DNA of 64,000 nucleotides from Macrostomum lignano (GCA_002269645.1 NIVC01000741.1:248001-312000); one strand, 5' to 3'. Numbered from the stretch's first letter, positions 12,572 to 25,497 are shown. Notes: generated by a model not told the origin, from the letters alone. Made by a program: numbers and translations.

Positions 12572-14305
12572 TCATGTAAACAATCATAGAAGCGTCATGT
12601 AAAAAAATCATAGAAGCGTCATGTTAAAATCATAAAAGCGTCATAAAAAAATCATAGAAGCGTCATGCAAGCAATCATAGAAGCGTAATGTAAACAATCA
12701 TAGAAGCGTCATGTTAAAATCATACAAGCGTCATGTAAACAATCATAGAAGCGTCATGTTAAAATCATACAAGCGTCATGTAAACAATCATACAAGCGTC
12801 ATGTAAACAATCATAGAAGCGTCATGTAAAAAAATCATAGAAGCGTCATGTTAAAATCATAAAAGCGTCATAAAAATACTAGAAGCGTCATGTAAACAAT
12901 CATAGAAGCGTCATGTAAACAATCATAGAAGCGTCATGTAAAAATCATAGAAGCGTCATGTAAACAATCATAGAAGCGTCATGTAAACAATCATAGAAGC
13001 GTCATGTAAACAATCATAAAAGCGTCATGTAAACAATCATAGAAGCGTCATGTAAACAATCATAGAAGCGTCATGTAAACAATCATAGAAGCGTCATGTA
13101 AAAAATCATAGAAGCGTCATGTAAACAATCATACAAGCGTCATGTAAACAATCATAGAAGCGTCATGTAAAGAATCATAAAAGCGTCATGTAAACAAGCA
13201 TAGAAGCGTCATGTAAACAATCATAGAAGCGTCATGTAAACAAGCATAGAAGCGTCATGTAAACAATCATAGAAGCGTCATGTAAAAAATCGTAGAAGCG
13301 TCATTTAAAAAATCATAGAAGCGTCATGCAAAAATCATAGATGCGTCATTTAAAAAATCATGGAAGCGTCATGTAAACAATCATAGAAGCGTCATGTAAA
13401 AAATCATAGAAGCGTCATATAAAAATCATAGATGCATCATTTAAAAAAATCATAGAAGCGTCATATAAAAAATCATAGAAGCGTCATGTAAAAATCATAG
13501 AAGCGTCATGTAAACAACCATAGAAGCGTCATGTAAAAAATCATAGAAGAGTCATGTAAACAATCATAGAAGCGTCATGTAAGCAATCATAGAAGCGTCA
13601 TGTAAACAATCATAGAAGCGTCATGTAAACAATCATAGAAGCGTCATGTAAGCAATCATAAAAGCATCATGTAAACAATCATAGAAGCGTCATGTAAACA
13701 ATCACAGAAGCGTCATGAAAAAATCATAGAAGCGTCATGTAAACAATCATAGAAGCGTCATGTAAACAATCATAGAAGCATCATGTAAAAAAATCATAGT
13801 AGCGTCATGTAAACAATCATAGAAGCGTCATGTAAAGAATCATAGAAGCGTCATGTAAAAAAATCATAGATGCGTCATTTAAAAAATCATAGAAGCATCA
13901 TGTAAACAATCATAGAAGCGTCATTTAAAAAATCATAGAAGCGTCATATAAAAATCATAGATGCGTCATTTAAAAAATCATAGAAGCGTCATGTGAAAAT
14001 CATAAAAGCGTCACGTAAAGAATCATAGAAGCGTCATGTAAACAATCATAGAAGCGTCATGTAAACAATCATAGAAGCGTCATGTAAACAATCATAGAAG
14101 CGTCATGTAAAAAATCATAGAAGCGTCATTTTAACAATCATAGAAGCGTCATGTAAACAATCATAGAAGCGTCATTTAAAAAATCATAGAAGCGTCATGT
14201 AAACAATCATAGAAGCGTCATGTAAAAAATCATAGAAGCGTCATGTAAAAAATCATAGAAGCGTCATGTAAAAATCGTAGAAGCGTCATTTAAAAATCAT
14301 AGAAA
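12572..14305. repeat. 22-23 bp satellite (TGTAAACAATCATAGAAGCGTCA)n
   Basis: Direct periodicity. Confidence 0.95.
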
Positions 14306-15146
14306 ATCATAAAAATCAAAAATTAAATGCAGCTATAATGCTGTGCTGGGGAGAAAAACTGAGACGTAAAGGCTCTCAGAGAATAACTGCTGAGATTACG
14401 GGGGGGTTTCTGAGATGTCAAAGCAAAAGTCAGAAGCTACTTCAAAGTTCATGTACTTTACTCAATTTTTTTATTGCATTCTTTGTTGGCTCGCCACGGG
14501 AGGCGCTTATAGAAGAAGAGTCATGTAAAAAATAAAAGTAGCACTACGAGCGTATGTACGAGCTATACATAAAAGAAAAGTCATGTTCAAGTTAAAAGAT
14601 TCATTTGGGAATTGCTACGATGTCAAAGCTTGGTGGAAATCGTTATAGTGCTGTGATTCTTAAAGAAGGAATCACTAAAATGTCAAGGCTTAGGGGAGAA
14701 GAATTGCTGAGATTTCAAGGCTTTAGGTTGGGTTAAAGTTAGGTTTAGGTCAGGTGTGGGTTGAGGGTTATATTTTATCGGGTTTCAAGGTTAACAGAAT
14801 AACAGGGGATTTTTTAGATTTCAAGGTTTATGGAGGCCATCGCTGACATGTTAAGGCTTACGGGGGGAATAGCTGAGATGTCAAGGCTCACGGGGTATAA
14901 ATGAGATTTCAAGGCTAAAGTCAGAAGCTACATGTAGTTTATTGAAAACTTTTTATTACATTATTTGATGCCTCCTCAGGGGAGGGATCGCTGATAAAAA
15001 AGCGTAATGTAAAAAATAAAAGAAGCTTCATGTCGAAGTTAAGAGATTCATTTGGGAATCCCTACGATGTCGAGGCTTGCAGGAAATCGCTATAATGCTG
15101 TAGTAGTGCTATAATGACTCTTAGAGAGAATTACTGAAATTTCAAT

Positions 15147-15209
15147 GTTAGGTTAGGGTTAGGGTTAGGGTTAGGGCTAGGGTTAGGGTTAGGGTTAGGC
15201 TAGGGTTAG
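15147..15209 (+). repeat. Interstitial telomeric repeat (TTAGGG)n with CTAGGG variants
   Basis: About 10 units, GTTAGGTTAGGGTTAGGGTTAGGG... Confidence 0.85.
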
Positions 15210-16503
15210 AAGGTTGACAGATATTTTTAGATTTCCAAGGCTTATTGGGGGCATTGCTGAGATGTCAAGGGGGGAAGTTGATATGTCAAAGCTTGTGGGG
15301 GGGGGAATTACTGACATGTCAAGGCTTACAAGGTTTGACAGGAGATTTTTTAAGATTTCAAGGATACATGTAGCTTATTAAAAAAACGTGTATTGCATTT
15401 ATTTGGCTCCCCAACGGGGGGCGTAGATTGCTAGTAGGAAGCTGAAAACCGAGGAGGGCTGGGCGGCTTCTACCTAGCTCCTACATGTACGTACAGGGCA
15501 GGGCGCAGCAGAATCTCACCCAGCCAGCAAGTTTGACACAAAGGCTCTTAAAATGGCTTTTCTCTTCAGCGATTCAACCTTGGCTGTCTGACTCAGCCTT
15601 GTGCGCTCAGTTTATGTACATTTAGCTGTGCGCTTTCCTGCTCTCCTCTCTCCCCTCAGTGCCTGCCATCTCTTATCGGCCTCTTAAACTAGCAGTAGCA
15701 GCAGCTCAAATAGACTGAACTGGAGCGGAATACCCTGCGTGCGAACTTGCTTTGCCTCAACTATTTAAGTAAACCTATGAGAATACAGCATTAGCAGCAA
15801 TTGTCGGTTAAAAAATTACGATTAGCTAAAACAACAGTGTTGCCTATTTGATGCGGCTATTTGATGCTGCAACTGCAGAGCCGTGTCCTGACTGCTCATC
15901 CGCAACTGCAGTAGAATGTCTGCGAGCGTATCTCAAATTTCTGTGGTCTTTCGTCTGCTTGGAGTCTTCGTATTGATTGTAAGATTTCATCTGGATAAAA
16001 TGTTTGTTTCGAATAGCTTTTTTGCGAAATTTGGAGAGAGTCAGATTTCCAGAGAGTAAAGTTAAAACTACCAGCAGCAATTTCATTTAAATCTGAAATT
16101 CCCATTTCTAGCATTAGAGTTATGAGCTGTTTGCAATAAGTCTAAAGCCGGGTCGGAAAACTCCGGCCCGCTCAAGGTTTGGGCCTCTTCTCAGCTTTCT
16201 TCTCTTTTCTCTCCTCTCTCCCCTCTTTTCTCTCTGTTCTCTCCCCTCCACTCTCCCCTCTTCTTTCGCCTCTTCCACTCTACCTTCTCCCCTCTTTCCC
16301 CTTTCCCGAAAAGTGAAATCCGGGGTCCATGAGCATTGCCCGCCTAGCTTTTCCCTCCGAGGTTTGCCCGCAATCCTTTAATTTTTCCTGCAGCGCGTTT
16401 AGCCACGTGGCAGATTCTATCTGCATCCCCCCAATGCTTAGTAAGTCCTAATAAACAGATTACCCGATCAAAACGTTTCGATAGTAACATAGTAACATAC
16501 CAA

Positions 16504-18935
16504 ATGCTTGTTTTCCTTGTAGCTTTTCATTTCTCGGTGAGCTATTAACTCATGCATACGCCATGTCGCTTTGTCCTCAAAATCTGTTTATTAAGACTTA
16601 CCGAGCATTAATGGGCAGTGCAGACAGAATCTGCCGCGGGGCCAAATGCGCTGCAGGAAAAAAGCATTGCGGGCAAATCTCGGCGGGCAATTCTCGTACT
16701 ACCCAGCGAAGGCCAGCAAGCAAGGAAAGTTTTGGCAAAGCTTCAGTTTCAATCTCTGAAGTGTGCTCGTTCTAGACAGTTTTGATGGGATTTTACTTCA
16801 ATCTCTGAAGTGTGCTCGTTCTAGACAGTTTTGATGGGATTTTACTTCAATCTCTGAACTGTGCTCGTTCTAGACAGTTTTGATGGGATTTTACTTCAAT
16901 CTCTGAACTGTGCTCTTTCTAGACAGCTTTGATGAGAATTTTACTTCAATCTCGGAAGTGTGCTCTTTCTAGACAGTTTTGATGGGATTTTACTTCAATC
17001 TCGGAAGTGTGCTCTTTCTAGACAGCTTTGATGGGAATTTTACTTCAATCTCTGAACTGTGCTCTTTCTAGACAGTTTTGATGGGAATTTTACTTCAATC
17101 TCTGAACTGTGCTCTTTCTAGACAGTTTTGATGGGATTTTACTTCAATCTCTGAACTGTGCTCTTTCTAGACAGTTTTGATGGGATTTTACTCGACCTAA
17201 TTTGTCCATGACAAAACTGCAAATCTTTGAAAATATCCGTTTGGAAAACAGAACTGTATTTCGAGTGCTGCCGCTATCCAAAAGTACTTTTCATTTTTTC
17301 TCCACCGATGGGAGATTACTTAATATGTATTCCAATTCATACTGTTCTGCACTCAAACATGTACCCGCGAAATTTTCTCCAACCCAGCTGGTGGTGGTGC
17401 TGGTGTTTCACCTGGTTCCGTCATCGCCGAGTGCCGACAGCTTCACGGAGACCGGCGACCCGCACCCGCTGGCCCCCATTGAAGGCGGCACGACGGCCCA
17501 CTTCGAGATCCCCCACATTCTGCACCACACCTTCGCCTCCGAGATGGTCTACGAGAACTATCGGCCAATGATCAGCAGCTGCTTGAAGCTCAACCCCAAC
17601 TGGACTTACTACCTGTGGCGGGACTCCGATGCCAGGGCCCTCATCTTTTTGCACTATCCGCAGTACATGAAGACATACATGCGCTTCAATGACAACCTGC
17701 AGCGCTCCGACGCCATTCGATACATCATCCTGCACCGGTTCGGAGGTGCAATAATTACTAACAACACATTCGATAGCTTTTGAATAAAATTAGGATTGTT
17801 TAAAAAGCTCCTGCAGAGCAACTCTGGGGTTGAGTAGCGAAGTGTTGACCTGCCCAAATCTCGTGCCAAATGATCTGGGTTCGAGTTCAGGGGTGACCAT
17901 ATTATTTAGAGGCCAAGGTGCTTGTACACCCTGTGTGAGCGTGTTAAAGTCTGACCCGTGCTCGGATGCATACTCAGGGGTTAGCGGATTTGCCATTGTC
18001 TTGATTTGCAGCAGTGCCTGCAACCTCCACCATGCCAGATCAGAGGCAAGTTTTTCATTCCCGTAGGGGGCCCGCTGAAATGCAACTCCTTGTACCGACC
18101 TTAACCGCAGGCATCTACCTTGACATGGATGTCGAGTGCGTGCGGCCGTTCCACCCGGCCCTCACTCGCCAGGCAGCCTTCCTTGACCAGGAGCGGGTGG
18201 AGCAGACGCGGATCGCATGGGGACGCCAGTTCAGCGCGATGAACTCGCTCATGGGCTCGGTGCCCGGGCACAAATTCTTCCAAGCAATGTCCGATCGCGT
18301 GCTGCTCAGGAAGCTGCCCGGCGATGCGTACTCGTCTACCGGGCCGAACGTGCTCACCCAGGTGTTCCAGCGGTTCCGCAACAGCCCGGCGATTTGGAAC
18401 TGGCCGGTGCACCTGCTTCCGCCGAGCGTTGCCTCACCACTGATGGACCCGAACAGGAACTGGAGGCAGCTCTGTCGCTATGCTCGTGAGTAACAGGCCT
18501 GCTGTTGTGCAGGTGTTGTGCCTGCATAATTTTACTGCCTAAAACGTATTTTTCTGAATTTCGGGCATCCAATAGAGCTTGGACAGACTCGCACGAAAAT
18601 ATCCGCCGAGAAGAGTCAGCTGTTTTCTACAATTGTAAACTTTTGCAGGATTGCAGCAGAGTGATGTTTCAGAATGTATTTCAAGAAAAATTGAAAAAAA
18701 AATTATCAGAACCACCGAATCCGCATATGCAGGCTACGGCTGGGGCTCCCGCGGCTGCCGCATGCTGCGGGCCAAGAAGTGGCGCATGGACGACCGCAAC
18801 GGCGGCACGGTGGCCGTGCACCGCTTCCTGCACCTGGGCTACGGCTTCGCTGTCCGCCAGAGAAAGTCTTTGTTCAACCTGACTAAGGAGTTTGGCAGCG
18901 CGAGAGTCAACTTCTATTTACGACGCCCAGTTTGA
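16504..18935 (+). CDS. GT32 (DXD, SUR1/CSH1-like) glycosyltransferase paralogue 1; exons 16504-16536, 17388-17745, 18111-18485, 18733-18935 (322 aa)
   Basis: Motifs [37 protein letters not shown]|[30 protein letters not shown] sites give an open frame (969 nt). Exon 1 ([11 protein letters not shown]) is the least certain part. Confidence 0.85.
16750..17192. repeat. 49-50 bp minisatellite in GT paralogue 1 intron 1
   Basis: About 9 copies of TTTTACTTCAATCTCTGAAGTGTGCTCGTTCTAGACAGTTTTGATGGGA. Confidence 0.9.
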
Positions 18936-19385
18936 GCAAAGAAGACAAATTTTCATGCCGCAGCGCATTTCTGCTATTTTAGCAGCTCAAACTGCCTTAT
19001 ATTTGTCCTTAGCGAGTTTTTGTTTTCCAAGAATATAGAATTTTTTTCAAATTAACGGCGCATTGCACAATTACATTGGGCAGTATGTGACGTAATACAT
19101 TAGGCAGTATGCGATGTAATCTGCACGCGCTATATTGCAGCATTCAGCAATTTGAGCAGAATTTTCGTACAAACTATAAGTCATCAGCGGTTTCAGTCTG
19201 TCTACTATTATTTTACATTTGAGCAAATGCAACTGGAATAATGTTACTCCTGTACATTGCAGGAATTATTAATTAATTTTCTCTTAAGTATCCATAAGTG
19301 GAAACGGATTGAGCAGCACAATTGAGACAGCCAGCACTCAGATTAGCCAAAGTAGCGAAATCTCCTGAATGAAAAACTGAGTCGT

Positions 19386-19644
19386 ATAAATGAAATTTAC
19401 ACTAAAACCATCTAGACGTTCGCCCGGGGCAAGTGGTGGATACATCACATATTCCCTGGTAATACCAAATGTCTAGGGCAAAAATGGGGATATATGGTAT
19501 ATATTCACCATTTATACCAGTGCTAGGGCAATAAATGCATCCCCATTTTTGCCCTAGACACTTGGTATTACCAGGGAATATGTGATGTATCCACCACTTG
19601 CCCCGCGCGAACGTCTAGATGGTTTTAGTGTAAATTTCATTTAT
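19386..19644. mobile_element. MITE-like long inverted repeat (~104-bp arms)
   Basis: ATAAATGAAATTTACACTAAAACCATCTAGACGTTCG...AAAAATGGGGA mirrored by TCCCCATTTTT...CGAACGTCTAGATGGTTTTAGTGTAAATTTCATTTAT, with few mismatches. Confidence 0.7.
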
Positions 19645-21385
19645 TTGCATCGAAAGAGCAGTTGCACAGTGAAATAAACCGTTTATCTGCACCGATGCAA
19701 ATAAATGAAATTTACACTGAGACCATAGACGTTCTGATTGATAGACAAATAGGCTTAGGCCATTTGATTCCGACCATAGACAAATAAATATTCACATTCA
19801 CGAAGCAGCCAACAAGTCCAAAGCACAGATTTTATATTATCTCGATGGGTAAATTTAGACTCTCAACATACTAAGCCTTCGCCTCATAGGCGCTCGCGAA
19901 AACCCCGAGGTTTTGGCCATAGACAAACCTATGGCTACTCATTTCTCTTCATCGAAAAAGTAGTGTGAGCGCGCATCTATTTCTACTCTGTTCTATTCTA
20001 AAAAGACGCTGATTGAGCATTCTGTGTAAGATTCAGTCAGTGAGAATAAAGTTAGTGCATGCTTGCTCAAAGAGATCTAAATCTAGATTTCTATGGCTTG
20101 CTCTTGAGCAAATGCCCATGGTTGTCTATGGTTTCTATGGCTCAACTGCTCAACTGAGCAACTGCTCAGGGTGGTTGAGGGTTTGTTCAAAGTTTGAGAT
20201 ATGTCCTTATTCATACAAATAGTGAGCGGTTGCTCCTCAATCTCCGAGCTAATTCTCAGCACTGAGCAACTGCTCCGACTCAGAGGAGGAGCGCTTACTC
20301 GTGAGAAATTGCTCACTTTATTCATAATTTCATACGGCCTTGTATTTAGCTTGTCAAACTTTGCACCATGTAATTTCAATTGAATGCAAAAGATAGAGCG
20401 GGTCAAGTGATGTACATCCCTCATATGTACCTCTGCTCATTGATTGTATCAGACTAACAAATGATGTTTAAAAGCCAAAAATTCTTTTCATTAGACGCAA
20501 AGTTTTGACCTGTCGAAGAGCTCTGAGGCTTGGAAACCGGTTGCCAATTTTTCAGCTCCAAGTATTTTAAACTCAATACGGCGTGACCTCTTAATTCTCT
20601 CTCTCCTTCTCTTTAGAAAGTCGCCATTGATCACTTTAAGTCGTAATTTTCATGGCAGCGTTTACATGCACTTTTGCACTTTTGCAATGTACCGAAAAAG
20701 TATATATATCCTATATACCGAGACTTTCAAGTAGCCCCAGTCGAATTACTCAGTTTTCGCATTATTTTGGCTGTCCATCTTTCTCTCGTTGATGGCGCGG
20801 CAGTAGTTGTAGAATCATCAGCAGCCAGCGCATATTGTTGCACTGCTCGGCCAGCCAAAAATCGAAAGAAAGAATATCACAGGATGCTCATTTGGGTAAA
20901 AACTATCTGGACGAATTGAAACGCCATGACCCTTACTCTTGGGGTGAAGAAAGCAAGTACAATAGTACAAGCCATAGACAATCTAAAAGTCTCTATTTGC
21001 TCAATTGCTGTTCTGTGGTAATATGCTGCACGTGTATACATGTAAATAATAAAAACAACCCGGTCTTGCTACTGCTCAGTAGATCTGGTGTCTCATGTAC
21101 AGTAGTATACGCAAACTGTTAGTGATGCTTGGTTGCAGGCAGGTCAGAATTTGCTCTAGGCTGTACTTTAAGTAAATGATCCCTGTTGGCTACAAAATCC
21201 TGACGTTCACCTGCGTGTCTGCATGGAATTCTCGCAAAAGCAATTACTATACAGCACAATGCGAGCTGACATTCGCTAGGGACGTGTCTGCGACTTCTGT
21301 ACAGTATATGAGCGAGCACCACCACCCAAACCCCCCCCCCCGACCCGAGCCGCACACGGTTTAATGCGCAATATTGTGCATCCAA

Positions 21386-21530
21386 ATGACTGCGAGTATT
21401 TCTTTCTTTCAGCACAGCACAATAGGTCAGCGCCCACGATCTCTTGCTGCATGAGTCTGTCTCATGCAGCAAGAGATCGTGGGCGCTGACCTATTGTGCT
21501 GTGCTGAAAGAAAGAAATACTCGCAGTCAT
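21386..21530. repeat. Perfect palindrome, 70-bp arms with 5-nt loop
   Basis: 21386-21455 is the exact reverse complement of 21461-21530; loop TCTGT. Confidence 0.9.
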
Positions 21531-21765
21531 GTCTCTATTTATAGAGTCTGTCTCTATTTCTTGTACAATGGGCGCAAGCCGCAGATGTGCAGCCGTACGC
21601 AGAGAGCAGAGTGCATGCAGTCACAGACTGGGCGGCATCCCGTTTTGAGTTAAAAAGCAACGCGCTGTGCCATTCGTGCTTTAGAAACTGAACTCAATCT
21701 TGACTCTTGTTTTAGCTCCTCGATTCTCTGTGCAGCTGAAACAGAATTCGTGTAAGATTTTATGC

Positions 21766-23991
21766 ATGGCAAGAGCGTCCCGAGCTTTTCTCACCAGATG
21801 GCTCTGCCTTCTCCAACTCGTATCCGTTGCGTTGGTGAGTTTGCCCCTACCCTGACCCCTCGTCTATGCGCAATCGCATAGCTTCAGCTCTTGACTAGAA
21901 CCATTGAAGTTTGCGGTCAGGTTCATAGTTTCCACCCAGAAATGCAGCATTAAATTAATGCTGTGTTGGCTAGCTGAAGTTTATAGCTGACAACAAAAGC
22001 AGGGGGACGACGGGGCGCAAGCAGGAACAAAACCCCGTCCAAATCTATATCTATATTTAGCTTAACAACAAAATGGGGCTAAACTGGGCTAACTAGCTCG
22101 TACAACCCCAGCATACAGTATTACCCCTAACTCGAGCTTAGCTCTTCTTTGGGTCGCACTCACCGGGGGCAAAACGCTACAGACTTCTACTCTTTTACCC
22201 ACTTCAGCTGCTATTCACCTACATCTACTTTTTGACCACGGCTTCCGGTGAGAAGCAGAGATATGCTTCCGGCAGACAGACGCGGCCTGGAGACCAGCAG
22301 ATGATCGAAATTAAAGACAAACTGATCGTCGGAACCGATGGGCAAACGGATGCTGGAAACAAACAAGCAAAGCCTGATGGTGCAGGAAAGAAAAATACGG
22401 GAAAGGGTCCTCCAGATAAAAGCACACTGCAGTCAAACCGACCGATTGAAAAAGAACGGACTAAGGCCGATAACTCGGTGCGCCACAATGGCAGTGGTAA
22501 AGCAGGAAAAACTAATGATAAACAAAACCATCCTAAAGATCAAAGGCATGAAGGAGCACGAACCAAAGAAAAACAATTTAAGGATAAAAAGCCACAACCC
22601 AAACACAAGAAAGCAAAGGCTGAACAGGAGAAGCAGAAAGACAAGAAAGCAAAGGCTAAACAGCAGAAGCAGAAAGACAAGAAAGCAAAGGCTGAACAGC
22701 AGAAGCAGAAAGACAACAAAGCAAAGGGTAAACAGACAAAACCTACAAAAAAGAAGCCAAAAACCAAAGCCAAACAAGACGAAGCTATCAGGATTCCCCC
22801 AGCGACGTTTGAGATCCCCCACATTCTGCACCACACCTTTGCCTCCGAGATGGTCTACGAGAACTACCGGCCATTGATCAGCCGCTGCCTGAAACTGAAC
22901 CCGGATTGGACTTACTACCTGTGGCGGGACTCCGACGCCAAGGCCCTCATCTCCAAGGAGTATCCTCAATACTTGAAGACGTACACGCGCTTCAAAGACA
23001 ATTTGCAGCGCTCAGACGCCATTAGATACGTCATCCTGCACCGGTTCGGAGGTGCTGCACGTGAACTGTTTATGTAGATGTTATTAGTTTCCTGAATACG
23101 AGTGTGGTAAATATTTAGGTGTGAGTCCAAATGCATCTTCCCAGATCGCAATTAGGTGATATCATCCTCGAGTTCCGTTGCCATGAGTTCCATTCTGCAT
23201 ACATTAATTGCTTTTTAACTGACAATAAATGTAGATCCTGGCTCATAGGTGTCCTTTCGGCCCACAGGCATCTACCTCGACATGGACGTCGAGTGCCTGC
23301 AGCCGTTCCCCTCGTCTCTCACGCGTCAGGCGGCCTTCCTCGACCAGGAGCGGCTAGAGCAGACCAGAATCTTTTGGAGGCGGGACTTCAGCGCGATGAA
23401 CTCTGTCATGGGCTCGGTGCCCGGGCACCCGTTTTACAAGGCCATGGCTGACCGGGTGCTCACAAAGAACACTGGGACGAGCGCTTTCAGCACCACGGGA
23501 CCCAAGGTGCTCACTGAATTCTTCAAGGAGTACAAAGAGAGCCCAACCAGCTGGATCTGGCCGGTGGCGCTGCTGCCTCCTAGCGTTGCGTCCCCACTGA
23601 TGGACGATCAGAAAAACTGGAAGTGGCTCTGCCGGAAAGCCAGTAAGTGCAAAGGCCACCACTATTCTTGAGCTTTTCTCATTGTTCAAACGTTGCAAAA
23701 TATTTTCCTTTCAAGCTCATTCAGAACCTCGAAATGCTCATCTGAGCCTTTAATTTCTAAGCACCAGCCTCTTCAAATTCCACAGAAAAGCTCGGCAGTC
23801 CGGGTTTCGGCTGGGCCGACATCGGTTGCCGCATGCTGGAGTCCAAAAACTGGCACCTTGGCAGCGCTGACAAAAGTACAATCGTAGTGCACAGGTTTCT
23901 TCACCTGGGCTACCATTCCCACCACCGTAAGAGGAGACCTCGGTTTGACGTATCCAAAGAATTTAAATCTAGAGTGAAATTCTATCACTGA
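21766..23991 (+). CDS. GT32 glycosyltransferase paralogue 2 with long Lys-rich stem; exons 21766-21834, 22208-23051, 23268-23642, 23786-23991 (497 aa)
   Basis: Signal anchor split by a phase-0 intron (MARASRAFLTRWLCLLQLVSVAL|LLFTYIYFL); same catalytic motifs; spliced frame open (1494 nt). Confidence 0.9.
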
Positions 23992-24462
23992 AGAGACATT
24001 ATGTTACTTGTATAGTCGCAATGTGCGCGTTTCTTGTACGCTCGTAGCCTTCTGGTCCCCCACACATTCTCATGTATTTAGCGGATCTGCAAAGGTGACT
24101 GGAAGAAGATCATGGATTCCCTCTAATTAATAATGCAAACAATGTCATACACGCTCTTTCAACGAAGACGGAATTCTGTAGGGAATGGATTCTTCCGGCA
24201 TCGGCCGTATTCTCCCGAGAAGCTTAGTCTATTGTATTACCTGTCTTAGTTTAATTGCGTATCATCGCAATCTGTTACGTTCTGTACTTTTATCAATATA
24301 AGTGGCGATAGGATTATTTTTTGTTTTTGAACTGGTGCTTAACATATTTTGGTGCTCTGTGATTGATCAACTCTTGGTTATTTCACGCCAGTTGGCGACT
24401 TCGACTTCTAATACAAGTCAACTCGACCGATAAACCGGTTTGCCTGCGGAGCACAGCAGCAG

Positions 24463-25138
24463 CGGGTGTTGGTACATGTAAATATGACGCTACTAGTCCG
24501 GGTGTTGGTACATGTAAATATGACGCTACTAGTCCGGGTGTTGGTACATGTAAATATGACGCTACTAGTCCGGGTGTTGGTACATGTAAATATGACGCTA
24601 CTAGTCCGGGTGTTGGTACATGTAAATATGACGCTACTAGTCCGGGTGTTGGTACATGTAAATATGACGCTACTAGTCCGGGTGTTGGTACATGTAAATA
24701 TGACGCTACTAGTCCGGGTGTTGGTACATGTAAATATGACGCTACTAGTCCGGGTGTTGGTACATGTAAATATGACGCTACTAGTCCGGGTGTTGGTACA
24801 TGTAAATATGACGCTACTAGTCCGGGTGTTGGTACATGTAAATATGACGCTACTAGTCCGGGTGTTGGTACATGTAAATATGACGCTACTAGTCCGGGTG
24901 TTGGTACATGTAAATATGACGCTACTAGTCCGGGTGTTGGTACATGTAAATATGACGCTACTAGTCCGGGTGTTGGTGTAAATATGACGCTACTAGTCCG
25001 GGTGTTGGTACATGTAAATATGACGCTACTAGTCCGGGTGTTGGTACATGTAAATATGACGCTACTAGTCCGGGTGTTGGTGTAAATATGACGCTACTAG
25101 TCCGGGTGTTGGTACATGTAAATATGACGCTACCAGTC
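24463..25138. repeat. 36-bp minisatellite (CCGGGTGTTGGTACATGTAAATATGACGCTACTAGT)n
   Basis: About 18 near-identical copies between GT paralogues 2 and 3. Confidence 0.95.
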
Positions 25139-25497
25139 ATTGTTTATGAGCTTTTTCTGCTTTGAGTCACGAACTCTTCTCGTGAAAGCGATGTCATAAT
25201 TAACACTGCAACATACGGTCTTGCCCAACCCGGTGAAATGAGTAAATGTACAGCTGACTCAATCTTTAATTTAAACTGCTGCTGCTGCCAAACAATACCA
25301 ACGGGTCTCACTCCCAAGTTTCTCTGTCTGTTTTCGCGAGCAGAGCTCATGCAGCTGTACGCAGGGCTGAGTGCACACTCTGGAGCAGCTTTCGAGTGGA
25401 AAACAATTCCTTGGATAGTTAAGCTCGAATCGTCGGTACTGTAGAGACTGTGGAGCTTAAATAAATTTCATGCTCTGTGCTTTTTTCTCATATGAAC

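Noticed and set aside
16750-25138. 36-bp and 49-bp repeats as possible CRISPR arrays
   Set aside because: Head-to-tail units with no unique spacers, no cas genes, eukaryotic context.
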